The translations under genes were made by a program, and so were the position numbers. A stretch of 64,000 nucleotides of DNA, from contig JBCCVL010000004.1 in the NCBI GenBank assembly GCA_039195375.1, forward strand, positions 8,173 to 72,172, written 5' to 3'. This DNA comes from Actinomycetota bacterium. GTDB taxonomy: Bacteria > Actinomycetota > Acidimicrobiia > Acidimicrobiales > SZUA-35. Within the stretch, counting starts at the first letter, position 1. Each line of letters starts with the position of its first letter. Positions 17,290 through 27,379 of the stretch are shown piece by piece. The notes beneath the pieces were generated by a model, which ran no database searches, was not told the origin of the DNA, and saw only the letters and a list, made by a program, of their open reading frames with translations.

Positions 17290-18714
17290 ATGTCCGATTC
17301 CCCCACCATCCCCTACCGCTTCGAGCCGACCACCACCTCGGGTGAGATCCGCGACCGCTACGACTCGATCGACGACGGTCACGAGACCGGCGAGCAGGTC
17401 ACCATCGCTGGCCGCCTGATGTTGCGCCGGGTCCAGGGCAAGCTCGCCTTCGGCACCCTGCAGGACGGCGGCGGCCGCATCCAGCTCTTCGCCCCCGGCA
17501 AGGTGACCCCCGACTTCGATCGGTTCTGCTCGCTATCGCTCGGCGACTGGATCGGGGTCACGGGCGAGGTGATGAAGACCCGCAAGGGGGAGCTGTCGGT
17601 CAAGGTCGAGCAGTGGGTTGTGCTGGCCGAGGCCAGGCGCCCGTTCCCCGACAAGTTCCACGGCATCACCGACCAGGACCTCCGCTACCGCCAGCGCTAC
17701 GTCGACCTGTGGGTCACGCCCGAGAGCCGCGAGGTGTTCGTGCTCCGGTCGAAGCTGGTGTCGCTGACCAGGCGCTGGCTCGAGGACCGCGGTTTCATCG
17801 AGGTCGAGACGCCGATCTTCCACCCGATCCCCGGCGGGGCCCTGGCCCGACCGTTCACCACCCACCACAACGCGCTCGATGAGGACTTCTTCCTCCGCAT
17901 CGCCCCCGAGCTGTATCTCAAGCGGCTCATCGCCGGGGGCCTCGAGCGGGTGTTCGAGGTCGGTCGGGTGTTCCGCAACGAGGGGATCAGCACCCGCCAC
18001 AACCCCGAGTTCACGATGCTCGAGCTGTACCAGGCCTATGCCGACTACGCCGACATCATGGAACTGGTCGAGGAGCTCGTCGCCCACCTGGCCATCGAGC
18101 TCAAGGGAACCACCACGCTGAGCTACGGCGACCGGGAGATCGACGTCGCCCCGCCGTGGCGTCGGGCCACGATGACCGAGCTGATCGAAGAGGCCATCGG
18201 CACGCCGGTCGGGCTGATGATGGACCTCGACGAGCTGCGGCGCATCGCCATCGAGCACGGCGTCGAGGTGCGGGACAGCTACGGCCCCGGCAAGCTGATC
18301 CTCGAGATCTACGAGAAGACCGTCGAGCCCGAGCTGTGGGGTCCGGTGTTCGTCACCGACTACCCGGCCGAGGTCTCGCCCCTGTCCCGCGAGCACCGGG
18401 AGCGGCCCGGGTTCACCGAGCGGTTCGAGGCGGTCGTGGCCGGGCGGGAGCTGTGCAACGCCTTCTCCGAGCTGATCGACCCGGACGAGCAGCGAGCGCG
18501 GTTCGAGGACCAGGTCCGCCAGAAGGAGGCCGGCGACGACGAGGCGATGGTCGTCGACGAGGACTACCTCCGGGCCCTCGAGTACGGGCTGCCCCCAACG
18601 GGCGGGCTCGGCATCGGGATCGACCGGCTGGTGATGCTGCTGGCCGACGTGCAGACGATCCGCGACGTCGTGCTGTTCCCGACACTGCGGATCGAGCGCT
18701 TCGACGAGAGCTGA
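17290..18714 (+). CDS. lysS: Lysine--tRNA ligase, class II
   Basis: OB-fold N-terminus (GRLMLRRVQGKLAFGTLQDGGG), FRNEGISTRHNPEFTMLE, GGLGIGIDRLVMLL. The N-terminal 317 aa of track ORF 16339..18714 overlap nadC and are rejected. Confidence 0.9.
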   Translation: MSDSPTIPYRFEPTTTSGEIRDRYDSIDDGHETGEQVTIAGRLMLRRVQGKLAFGTLQDGGGRIQLFAPGKVTPDFDRFCSLSLGDWIGVTGEVMKTRKGELSVKVEQWVVLAEARRPFPDKFHGITDQDLRYRQRYVDLWVTPESREVFVLRSKLVSLTRRWLEDRGFIEVETPIFHPIPGGALARPFTTHHNALDEDFFLRIAPELYLKRLIAGGLERVFEVGRVFRNEGISTRHNPEFTMLELYQAYADYADIMELVEELVAHLAIELKGTTTLSYGDREIDVAPPWRRATMTELIEEAIGTPVGLMMDLDELRRIAIEHGVEVRDSYGPGKLILEIYEKTVEPELWGPVFVTDYPAEVSPLSREHRERPGFTERFEAVVAGRELCNAFSELIDPDEQRARFEDQVRQKEAGDDEAMVVDEDYLRALEYGLPPTGGLGIGIDRLVMLLADVQTIRDVVLFPTLRIERFDES

Positions 18715-18852
18715 GCCAGACCGACCGGCGCCGCCCGGTCCGTCACCTGCTCGTCGATGGCCCGTCACCGGGCCGCAATTCGCTTGCCCGGACCAAGGCA
18801 ACCGGGTTTCCTGGTCGCTCCATGTCCACGCCAACCTCCCCTCCCGACGCTG

Positions 18853-19875
18853 GTGGCCGAGAGCGGCCTGCACAGCGTGATCTGGGCCCGGTTCGTCGCG
18901 CCCGTCCTGTCGGGCGACGAGCCGATCGTCCGCCAGATCGACCTGCCCGGGCGGGAGGAGGGCGACGTCGAGATCGGTGGCGTCGGCGAGGTCGTGCTCG
19001 ACGTCAGTGGGTCGGGGTGGTCGGTCCGGCTCGTCGACGGCGTCGGTTGGACGGCCCTGGTCGACCAGCGTCAGCACGGGCATGGCTCGATCACGGTCCG
19101 GGCCCCCGATCTGGCCGGGGCGAAGGCCGGCGCCGCCCTGTTCGCCGAGCGCGTCCCCGACGAGGAGCCGACGCCCGGTGAGGTGCCGATCGACTTCTGG
19201 CAGGTCAGCGACGACGACGTGTACCGCCGCACCCGGGAGCTGGAGGCACCGACCTGGTCGGACATCGCCGGGAACTACCCCGACGAGGTGGCGGGTGCTG
19301 TGGCGTCGCTCGTCGACACCGACCTCGACGTCGCCGTCGGCCGGCTCGTGCTCTGGCACGGACCACCGGGGACCGGCAAGACGACTGCGCTACGGGCCCT
19401 GGCCCGGGCGTGGGCCGGCCGGTGCCGGGTACAGGTCCTGCTCGACCCCGAGCGGATCTTCTCGTCGTCGAGCAACCTGTTCGAGGTCGTGATCGACGCC
19501 GGCAGCGAGGCCTCCGCCTGGCGGCTGATCGTGATCGAGGATGCGGACGAGCTGATCCGGGCCGATGCCAAGGAGCGGGTCGGCCAGTCGCTGGCCCGGC
19601 TGCTGAACCTGTCCGACGGTCTGCTCGGCCAGGGACTTCGGGTCCTCACCCTCATCACCACCAACGAGCGGATCGACCGGCTCCATCCGGCGCTGGTCCG
19701 CCCCGGGCGCTGCCTGGCCGAGATCGAGTTCCGGGCCTTCGCCCCCGAGGAGGCCCGGGCTCGTTGGCCCGAGCGGTCGTTCGGCCCCGGGCCGGTGACG
19801 CTGGCCGAGGCGCTGCACCCCCCGTCCGGCGACGGCAGACGATCCGACGACGTCTCGACCGGCCTCTACCTGTAG
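18853..19875 (+). CDS. AAA+ ATPase with an uncharacterised N-terminal domain
   Basis: Walker A HGPPGTGKTT, Walker B LIVIEDADE, TTN sensor, RPGR. GC3 only becomes coding-like from about 18845, so the start is placed at GTG 18853 rather than ATG 18757. Confidence 0.7.
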   Translation: MAESGLHSVIWARFVAPVLSGDEPIVRQIDLPGREEGDVEIGGVGEVVLDVSGSGWSVRLVDGVGWTALVDQRQHGHGSITVRAPDLAGAKAGAALFAERVPDEEPTPGEVPIDFWQVSDDDVYRRTRELEAPTWSDIAGNYPDEVAGAVASLVDTDLDVAVGRLVLWHGPPGTGKTTALRALARAWAGRCRVQVLLDPERIFSSSSNLFEVVIDAGSEASAWRLIVIEDADELIRADAKERVGQSLARLLNLSDGLLGQGLRVLTLITTNERIDRLHPALVRPGRCLAEIEFRAFAPEEARARWPERSFGPGPVTLAEALHPPSGDGRRSDDVSTGLYL

Positions 19876-19964
19876 CGCCGCTCCGTCGGTCGGCACCGCG
19901 GGTGAACCGGGCGGGTCGGCACCGCTCGGGTCGATCGGCCCCGGGATCTCGGCCCCGCGGTGGC

Positions 19965-20561
19965 TCAGCCGACCGGGCTGGATCCCGGGCCGGCGTCCGC
20001 CCCTGGGCCGGGATCGGTGTCCTGGTCGAGCAGCTCCCGATCCCCGTCGTCGAAGGCCACCAGGCGTCCGCCGCCGAGCACCCAGGCGTCGCCGAGCGCC
20101 GCCTCGGCGTGGCGCAACAGGTCGGCAGGTTCGTCCTCGGCTCGGCTGACGGCGACGCCGATGGCCCAACGGGTCGGGCTGCGCTCGGCGTCGACGGCCA
20201 GCGATTCGAGCTCGGGGCCGAGCCGCTGGGCGATGCGGCGGGCGAGGCCCTCGGCCGCCGCCGGTGCATCGAGTGGCGCACGGACGACGGCCAGCTCGTT
20301 GGTCGAGGCGGCGATGATCTCGTCGGTGACCCGGGTGCAGGCCGTCACCGTGAACACCACGCTCCGCTCGACCTGCAACTCGTGGACGCCGTACACCTCG
20401 TCGAGACGATCCCACCCGATGAGGAGCACCCCGGCGGGCGGCCGGTCGAGGCTCGCGGTGAGGCGCGCCAGAACCCCGCCCCGGCCGACGGGGACGAGTT
20501 CGGACGGTGCACTCGGCTGTCGGTCCGGTTCAGCGCCTGTCTCGGGGTGGCCGCCGGTCAC
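19965..20561 (-). CDS. Degenerate GGDEF-like domain protein (signature replaced by STNEL)
   Basis: VLLIGWDRLDEVYG..., ASTNELAVVR where RxGGDEFxxx is expected, and HAEAALGDAWVLGGGR resembling ADxALYxAKxxGR. Confidence 0.45.
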   Translation of the reverse strand: MTGGHPETGAEPDRQPSAPSELVPVGRGGVLARLTASLDRPPAGVLLIGWDRLDEVYGVHELQVERSVVFTVTACTRVTDEIIAASTNELAVVRAPLDAPAAAEGLARRIAQRLGPELESLAVDAERSPTRWAIGVAVSRAEDEPADLLRHAEAALGDAWVLGGGRLVAFDDGDRELLDQDTDPGPGADAGPGSSPVG

Positions 20562-20623
20562 CCCGCAGGTATCGGCGCCGTCGACCCCGATCTGGAGCGG
20601 CGGCGGGGCGGGGAGGATCGACG

Positions 20624-21127
20624 TCAGATCGTCGGGCGATACCCCCCTGCCGCCGTCGGCACCACAACCGACGGTGGCGGTGTCGGCGGCCGAGGACGGA
20701 CCGGCGCGGTCAGGTAGATCGACGATGAGGGGTCGTTGGCGATCGCCTCGTTCCAGGCGTCGAACTCGCGCTGGTAGTCGGTGGTCGCCCGCCGGTGGTC
20801 GGACATCGCCTCGTCATGGAGCCGGTCCTGGCGGGCCTCGGTGGCGTCGGCCCAGAACCGAGCCCAGGCGTCGGCCTCCTCGACGAGGCGGTTCCTGGCG
20901 GTGACGGCCGAGGCCTGCTCATCGGCGTGCAGCTGCTCGAAGGTGTCCCGGTGGGGGCCGGTCCAGTGGCGGACGGCCAAGGCCGCGTCGCCCGCCCTCC
21001 CACCGGAACCGCCGGCGCCGAGGCTGAGCACCCGGACCTCCTCCGATGCCTCGTGCAGGACCCGCGCCAGGTCGAGGGCGAGCTCCAGCTCGGCCTGGCT
21101 GAGGTAGCTCATGGGCGGGTGGGACAT
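20624..21127 (-). CDS. Helical protein with a WxG-like turn and a Pro-rich tail (possible T7SS-type substrate)
   Basis: AVRHWTGPHRDTFEQL sits about 50 aa from the start, between predicted helices. The tail is PVRPRPPTPPPSVVVP. Divergent from the EccC-like gene. Start is 21127 or 21112. Confidence 0.4.
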   Translation of the reverse strand: MSHPPMSYLSQAELELALDLARVLHEASEEVRVLSLGAGGSGGRAGDAALAVRHWTGPHRDTFEQLHADEQASAVTARNRLVEEADAWARFWADATEARQDRLHDEAMSDHRRATTDYQREFDAWNEAIANDPSSSIYLTAPVRPRPPTPPPSVVVPTAAGGYRPTI

Positions 21128-21215
21128 GGAGGCGAGTATGGCCGACGCACCGGTCGACGACGATGGGGACCGGTCCCCCTCGCCCGATGGGGTGGGTCTC
21201 CCTACCGTCGGCGAC

Positions 21216-24200
21216 ATGGAGATCTCGCTTCGCATCGAAGACCGCCGGGGTGACGGGCCGCACCATGTCGGTGATGTGGTCGCCCGGGTCGAGCCCGGTC
21301 ATCGGGTCGGTGCCGTCGTCGACGCTGTCGCCGGTGAGCTCGGTCTGCTCGTCGACCGGGAGTGCCCCGTGGCGAAGGCCTCGACGGAAGGCGTCGGTGG
21401 CGACGGCGCCGATCGGGTGGTCGCACTCGATCGTCTGGCCACGGTCGTCGAGGCCGGGCTCGTGTCGGGTGATGCGCTGGTCGTCGGCGGGCGGGGTCCG
21501 GCCCGGCACGGGGCCGCCGTGGCGGGCCGGCCCCGACTGGTGGTTGCCTCGGGCCCCGATGCCGGTCGTTCGATCGAGCTTGGCTGGGGTGTGCACGTGG
21601 TCGGCCGGGACCCGGCCACCGACCTGGTGCTCACCGATCCCCAGGTCTCGCGCCGCCATCTCGAGGTGGAGGTCACACCGGGTGACGGCCTCGGCGAGGC
21701 CATCGTCACCGCCCGGGTGGTGGCGGCCGACCGCAACCAGGTCCGGAGCGGCGGGGCAGTGGTCGTCGACGGTGCCACGCTGCGGCCCGAGCAGGTCGTC
21801 CGGCTCGGTGCCAGCACGCTCGTCGTGCGGGGTGACCGGCTGGCCGACACCGGTCGCCGTGCTGCGGCGGGCGGCAACCCCACCCGCACCGATGTGTTCG
21901 GTCAGATCCCGTTCCACCGCACGCCCTACTTCCCTGCACCGGTTCGCGCTGCGGTCGTCGAGCCGCTCGGTGACATCCCGGCCAAGCCGGAGGGCTCCCG
22001 TTTCGCCTACCTGTCGGCGCTCCTGCCGGTGCTGATGGGGGTCTCGTTTGCGTTCGTGCTCGGCAATCCCCGCTACCTGTTGTTCGCCGCCTTCTCCCCG
22101 GTCATGGTGATCGGCAACTGGTTCGATCAGCGGCGGCGATCCGGCAAGGAGTTCGCCAGGGCGGTGGAGCGGTTCGAGGAGGAGCTGGCGGCCAAGGCGG
22201 TCGAGGTCGAGCGGGCTTTGGCCGACGAGCGTGACCGGCGCTTCGCCGCCGCCCCCGATGTCGCCGTCCTCGCCGATCGGGCAAGCGCCCGGTCGGGTCA
22301 GCTGTGGGTTCGCGATCGGTCGGCCGACGATTTTCTGCATCTGCGGGTCGGGGTCGGCGACGTCCCGGCTGCACTCGAGGTTCGTCACCTCGACCGTGGC
22401 GACGCCGACTACCGGGACCGGGTGGTCGACGCCTACGGCGAGACCGACACCGTGACCGATGTGCCCGTGCGGCTGCCACTCGGCGATCTCGGGGTCGTCG
22501 GCCTGGTCGGTCGATCGTCGGAGACCTCGGCGCTGATGACGTCGCTGGTCCTCCAGGCCGCCTGCCTCCACAGCCCCGAGGACCTGGTGGTGGTCGCCGC
22601 CACGGGACCCGAGCGCCGGGCCGGCCGCTGGTTGTGCTGGCTGCCCCACACCCGATCCACCAGCTCGCCGCTGGCCGGCCCCCACCTGGCCGAGACGACG
22701 GCGGGGATCGATGCGCTGGTCGGCGAGCTCGGGGCCGAGGCCGGCCGTCGGCTGGAGGGTTCGACCACCAGGCGGTTTCCCCGGATCCTCGCCGTGCTCG
22801 ACCGCTCCCTCGAACCCGATGCCGCCCTGGTCTCCCGCCTGCTCGACGCCGGCCCCGAGGTCGGGATCACGATCGTGTGGCTCACCGATCGGGCCGAGCG
22901 GGTCCCCCGCCAGGCCAGCGCCGTCGTCGACTGTCGACCGGCGGCCACCGGCGATCTGTCCCGGATCACGTCGACCGACCCCGAGATCGCCGATCAGCTG
23001 GTCGACCACGAGCGGGTCTCGCCCGAGCTGGCCCTGGCCACCGCAAGGGCCCTGGCCCCCGTCCGCGACGCCTCGTCGGCCAACGCCGTGACCGCCATCC
23101 CCCGAGTCGTCCCGCTGTTCACCGCCCTCGGCGTGTCGTCGATCGACGCCGACACGGTCGCCCGCCGGTGGTCGGTCGACCGGGGCCACTCACTGCGGGG
23201 CCCGATCGGCCACACCGAGTCGGGTCCCCTGCTGCTCGACCTGGTCGAGCACGGTCCGCACGGTCTGATCGGCGGCACGAGCGGGGCCGGCAAGAGCGAG
23301 CTGGGGATGTCGCTCGTGGCCGGGCTGATGGCGGAGAACCCGCCGACCCGGGTCAACTTCCTGTTCATCGACTACAAGGGCGGCGCCTCCAGCGACGTGT
23401 TCCGGCGGGCACCCCACACCGTCGGCTACGTCACCAACCTCGACGGGCTGCTGGCCATGCGGGCGCTCACGTCGCTGCGGGCCGAGCTGAATCGACGCAT
23501 GAACCTCCTCCAGGGGCGGGCCAAGGACCTGGCCGAGATGATCGAGCGCCACCCCGATGAGGCGCCGCCGTCGCTGGTCATCGTGGTCGACGAGTTCGCC
23601 ACGCTGGTCAAGGAGATCCCGGACTTCGTGGCCGGGATGGTCGACATCGCCCAGCGGGGCCGGAGCCTCGGCATCCACCTCCTGCTCGCCACCCAGCGGC
23701 CGTCCGGGGCGGTCAACGACAACATCAAGGCCAACACCAACCTCCGCATCGCCCTGCGGATGCTCGACGGCGGTGAGTCGACGGCGGTCATCGGTACGCC
23801 AGATGCCGCCGCCATCCCCACCCCACTCCGGGGTCGGGGCTACGCCCGGCTCGGGGCCGGTGAGCTGATCGCCTTCCAGTCGGCCTGGTCGGGTGCACCG
23901 CTGCTGGCCGAGTCGGGCCCGCCCCCGGTCGGGGTCGACCGCTTCGGGACCACGGTCGCGCTGCGTGACGCCGCCCGATCGGCCGCGGTCGCCGGTGGTG
24001 CAACCGGAGCGACGTCGCCCGCCGCCCGGTCGGACGCTTCGGGAGGCGCTGGGGCCACATCGGGTCGGACCCAGCTCGACGCCCTGCTCGACGCCGTCGT
24101 CGAGGCCGGCGAACGGCTCGGTCTCGGTCGGGGTCGGGCGCCGTGGCTGGAGGTGCTGCCCGAGGTCATCGCCCTCGACGAGGCCAGAGTTGGTCTCGCC

Positions 24201-26009
24201 ACGGGACCGGGGGAGCCGGCACCGGGGACCAGGGTCGTGCTCGGCATGGTCGACGACCCCGAGGCCCAGGCCCAGTACCCGGCGGTGGTCGACCTCACCC
24301 GCTCGGGTGGGTTGTTGATCGCCGGAACCGGCGGGTCGGGCAAGTCGACGGCGCTGATCACGGCGGCGGTGTCGGCGGCGCTCGACGATGCCGAGGCCGG
24401 TGGCGGCCACCTGACCATCGTCGGGCTCGACGTCGCCTCCCGCGAGCTGGTCGGGCTCGCCCGTCTACCGCAGTGCGCCGCCGTCGCCACCGGCGATGAC
24501 CTGGAGGCCGTCACCCGCATCATCGATCGCCTCGACCGCGACTTCGAGCGACGGCGCACCGCGCTGGCCGAGTCGGTGGCCCGCTCCGCGGCGCCGCCGG
24601 CCGAGACGGCCGTGCTGCTGGTGATCGACGGGCTCGATGCCCTGATCCAGACCCTGGAGCAGGGCGCGGGAGCGGCCGGGCTGGCCCCCACGCTCGCCGC
24701 ACTCCAGCGCCTGATCACCGAGGGTCGCCAGGTCGGCATCCATCCGCTGGTGGCCACATCACGGCTCTCGGCGCTGCGAGCGGCCGTCACGTCGGCCATC
24801 TCGGGTCGGCTGGTGCTGCGCCAGGCCGATGCCCAGGGCTACGGCGAGGCCGGCATCCCGGCGGCCCAGGCCAAGGATCTCGACCTGCGGCCGGGCCAGG
24901 GTTTCCTGGATGGCTCGACGTTGGTCCAGATCGCCTCGCTCACCGGGCCGGACCCCGTCGGGACGACCGCAGCCGTTGCGTCCGCCTCCGATGACGCCAG
25001 TGTCGCCACCGGGTCCAGGGCCCGCTCGGCGGCCGAAGCGCGCCGGCGACGCAACCGCCAGGCGCTCGTCGACCTGGCCGAGCATCTGCCCGGCCGGGTC
25101 GATCCTCGCCTCGCCACCCGGCCGCTCCCTCGTCGGGTCACGCTGCCGGTCGTCACCGGCGACCGTGTCGGCGAGGTCGCCGATCCCCGTCGCCCGATCG
25201 TTGCGGTCGCCGACCTGACCGGCGATGCGTACGCACTCGATCTGCGACACGCCAACCTCTCCGTCGTCGGCGACCCCCGCAGCGGCCGGTCGAGCGTCCT
25301 GGCCGCAATCGGCCGGCAAGCGGCAGCGGCCGGTGCCGAGGTGTGGGTGGTGGCCCCACCGGGGTCTCCGCTCGGCGAGTTGCGTGAGGCCACCCGCCGC
25401 TGCACGAACGAGGGAGAGGAGCGGGCGACGGCGCTGGAGGAGCTGGCGGAGCTGGCCGCCGAGCCGAGCGACGCACCTCGTCTCCTGCTGCTCGACGATC
25501 ACGACCTCCTGCCGGAGCACGACCGCAGCGTCACCGGCCCGCTCGAACGCCTGCTCGGTTGCCCGTCGCTGCGGTGGGCGGCGGCCGGGGCCAAGCCCCG
25601 TGGCTTCAGCGCCAGCCCGATCGCGCAACTGGTTCGGGCCGCCCGATCGGTCGTCTACCTGCGTCCCCACGATCCCCGGGAGGCCCACGAGGTGGTCGGC
25701 ATGCCGATCCCCTGGCATCCCGGCCTTCCGATGACCGAGGGTCGGGGTGTCGCCGTCGTCGATCGGTTGGCCGCGATCGTGCAATTCGCCGACCCCTTCG
25801 CCGAGCCCGACCCCCGGTCCCCGTTGGAGGCGGCGTCCGATGGCTCCGCCCTGGCAGCAGGCGTCGCCGGGGCGGCCGCACCGCGACCTCGCCCCGCAGC
25901 GCGACCGCGCCCACCCGTGATCCGGAGCGCCCGGCTGGTCGCAGCGCCGTCTCGGGCGGTCGAGCTGGCGGAGCGGCCGGCAGCGTCCGAGGTGGCCGTA
26001 CCGACCTGA
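21216..26009 (+). CDS. FHA-domain FtsK/SpoIIIE-family ATPase, EccC/EssC-like (type VII secretion-type motor)
   Basis: FHA: VHVVGRDPATDLVLTDPQVSRRHLEVEV. Two TM segments (YLSALLPVLMGVSFAFVL / LLFAAFSPVMVIGNWF). Three P-loop domains: GGTSGAGKSE, AGTGGSGKST and a degenerate GDPRSGRSS. Start uncertain (21111, 21138 or 21216). Confidence 0.85.
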   Translation: MEISLRIEDRRGDGPHHVGDVVARVEPGHRVGAVVDAVAGELGLLVDRECPVAKASTEGVGGDGADRVVALDRLATVVEAGLVSGDALVVGGRGPARHGAAVAGRPRLVVASGPDAGRSIELGWGVHVVGRDPATDLVLTDPQVSRRHLEVEVTPGDGLGEAIVTARVVAADRNQVRSGGAVVVDGATLRPEQVVRLGASTLVVRGDRLADTGRRAAAGGNPTRTDVFGQIPFHRTPYFPAPVRAAVVEPLGDIPAKPEGSRFAYLSALLPVLMGVSFAFVLGNPRYLLFAAFSPVMVIGNWFDQRRRSGKEFARAVERFEEELAAKAVEVERALADERDRRFAAAPDVAVLADRASARSGQLWVRDRSADDFLHLRVGVGDVPAALEVRHLDRGDADYRDRVVDAYGETDTVTDVPVRLPLGDLGVVGLVGRSSETSALMTSLVLQAACLHSPEDLVVVAATGPERRAGRWLCWLPHTRSTSSPLAGPHLAETTAGIDALVGELGAEAGRRLEGSTTRRFPRILAVLDRSLEPDAALVSRLLDAGPEVGITIVWLTDRAERVPRQASAVVDCRPAATGDLSRITSTDPEIADQLVDHERVSPELALATARALAPVRDASSANAVTAIPRVVPLFTALGVSSIDADTVARRWSVDRGHSLRGPIGHTESGPLLLDLVEHGPHGLIGGTSGAGKSELGMSLVAGLMAENPPTRVNFLFIDYKGGASSDVFRRAPHTVGYVTNLDGLLAMRALTSLRAELNRRMNLLQGRAKDLAEMIERHPDEAPPSLVIVVDEFATLVKEIPDFVAGMVDIAQRGRSLGIHLLLATQRPSGAVNDNIKANTNLRIALRMLDGGESTAVIGTPDAAAIPTPLRGRGYARLGAGELIAFQSAWSGAPLLAESGPPPVGVDRFGTTVALRDAARSAAVAGGATGATSPAARSDASGGAGATSGRTQLDALLDAVVEAGERLGLGRGRAPWLEVLPEVIALDEARVGLATGPGEPAPGTRVVLGMVDDPEAQAQYPAVVDLTRSGGLLIAGTGGSGKSTALITAAVSAALDDAEAGGGHLTIVGLDVASRELVGLARLPQCAAVATGDDLEAVTRIIDRLDRDFERRRTALAESVARSAAPPAETAVLLVIDGLDALIQTLEQGAGAAGLAPTLAALQRLITEGRQVGIHPLVATSRLSALRAAVTSAISGRLVLRQADAQGYGEAGIPAAQAKDLDLRPGQGFLDGSTLVQIASLTGPDPVGTTAAVASASDDASVATGSRARSAAEARRRRNRQALVDLAEHLPGRVDPRLATRPLPRRVTLPVVTGDRVGEVADPRRPIVAVADLTGDAYALDLRHANLSVVGDPRSGRSSVLAAIGRQAAAAGAEVWVVAPPGSPLGELREATRRCTNEGEERATALEELAELAAEPSDAPRLLLLDDHDLLPEHDRSVTGPLERLLGCPSLRWAAAGAKPRGFSASPIAQLVRAARSVVYLRPHDPREAHEVVGMPIPWHPGLPMTEGRGVAVVDRLAAIVQFADPFAEPDPRSPLEAASDGSALAAGVAGAAAPRPRPAARPRPPVIRSARLVAAPSRAVELAERPAASEVAVPT

Positions 26010-26115
26010 CCCCGTCGCGCCGACCACGGCCCGAGCCCGGTCGCCGGGGGGCACGGGAGCGTCCCAGCTTGTGATCGCCGGGGTGCCACGCCAAGGTGAC
26101 GGGGTGGTGTCGACG

Positions 26116-27333
26116 ATGCGGCGGCCGGTCCTGGGGATCGGCGTCGCCGCGCTGGTCATCCCGCTGACCACGATCGTCTCCCACTCGTTCGGACGCTCCA
26201 CCTACCCGCTGCTTCTGCCGGCGATGAAAGACGAGATCCTCGGCTCCAACACGGTCGCTGGCTTCGGGGGAACCGTCGTCTACCTCGCCTACCTGGCCGG
26301 GGTGACCGTGGTCACCGCCCTGGCCGGGCGGTGCGAACCGATGACCCTGATGCGGGGCGGGCTCGTGATCTGCATCGCCGGCCTCGGCCTCCTTGGCCTG
26401 GCCACCACCACCTCGATGGTGTTCGCCGGGTTGTTCCTGTCGAGCGCCGGCGGCGCCGGCATCTGGATCACCGCCCCCGGTCTGGCCTCCGAGGAGGTCC
26501 CGGCCGCGAGACGGGGTCTGGTCATCGGCTTCCTCACCGGTTCGATCGGGCTCGGTACCTCGTTGCTGGCCCTCGGTACGGGCCTGGCCCGTTCGGCCAC
26601 GGGCAACGACGACCTGTGGCGTCCGATCTACCTGGCCGAGGCCGTGGCAGCGGCCCTGATACTCGCCGCCGTCGTCGCCCTCGTCCGCTCCCGGACCACG
26701 GTCTCCACCCGGGACGGCATCTCGCTCCGGTCGCTCCGCCAGCTCCACCACTGGCGTCGCATCACCTGGGCCTACGGCATCTTCGGCGCCATCGCCGCCG
26801 GCTACCTGGCGTTCCTGGCCGAGGCGCTCGAGGTCGACGCCGGGCTGTCTCGGGCCGACGTGGCCAACCTCTACCTCGGTCTCGGGCTCGTCTCGATCGT
26901 GGCCGCCCCCGGGGTCGGCTGGTTGTCCGACCGCTACGGTCGGCTCGTGGCCAAGGTCGGGGTGATGGGCGGCCTCGCCTTCGGCGCCGGCGCTCTCGCC
27001 GTCGGTCCGACGTGGCTGGTCGTGGTCGGCGTGCTGGCCATGGGTGGCCTGTGGTCGAGCTACCCGACGCTCACCGCCACCTACGTCCGGGACCAGCTCG
27101 ACGACCGGGCCTTCGGCTCGGCCTATGGCACCATGACGATCTTCTACGGGTTGGCCGCCATGGCCGCACCGGCTGCGGTCGGCGTGCTGGCCGACCGTTT
27201 CGACGGCTTCACCGTTCCCTACCTCGCGGTGGCCGCCCTGGCCGTCGTCGGCCTGGTGACGTTGTTGACGGTGCCGGGCCGCTCGCCAGATGCGGCGGCT
27301 GCGCAACCGGCCGGCGGGCCGGCAGGTCGGTGA
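26116..27333 (+). CDS. MFS transporter
   Basis: About 12 hydrophobic segments and the motif-A-like LSDRYGRLVAKVG. Confidence 0.75.
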   Translation: MRRPVLGIGVAALVIPLTTIVSHSFGRSTYPLLLPAMKDEILGSNTVAGFGGTVVYLAYLAGVTVVTALAGRCEPMTLMRGGLVICIAGLGLLGLATTTSMVFAGLFLSSAGGAGIWITAPGLASEEVPAARRGLVIGFLTGSIGLGTSLLALGTGLARSATGNDDLWRPIYLAEAVAAALILAAVVALVRSRTTVSTRDGISLRSLRQLHHWRRITWAYGIFGAIAAGYLAFLAEALEVDAGLSRADVANLYLGLGLVSIVAAPGVGWLSDRYGRLVAKVGVMGGLAFGAGALAVGPTWLVVVGVLAMGGLWSSYPTLTATYVRDQLDDRAFGSAYGTMTIFYGLAAMAAPAAVGVLADRFDGFTVPYLAVAALAVVGLVTLLTVPGRSPDAAAAQPAGGPAGR

Positions 27334-27379
27334 CCGGCCGCCGGAGCCGTACGTGAGCGACCGTTGCTGGACGGAGGCC

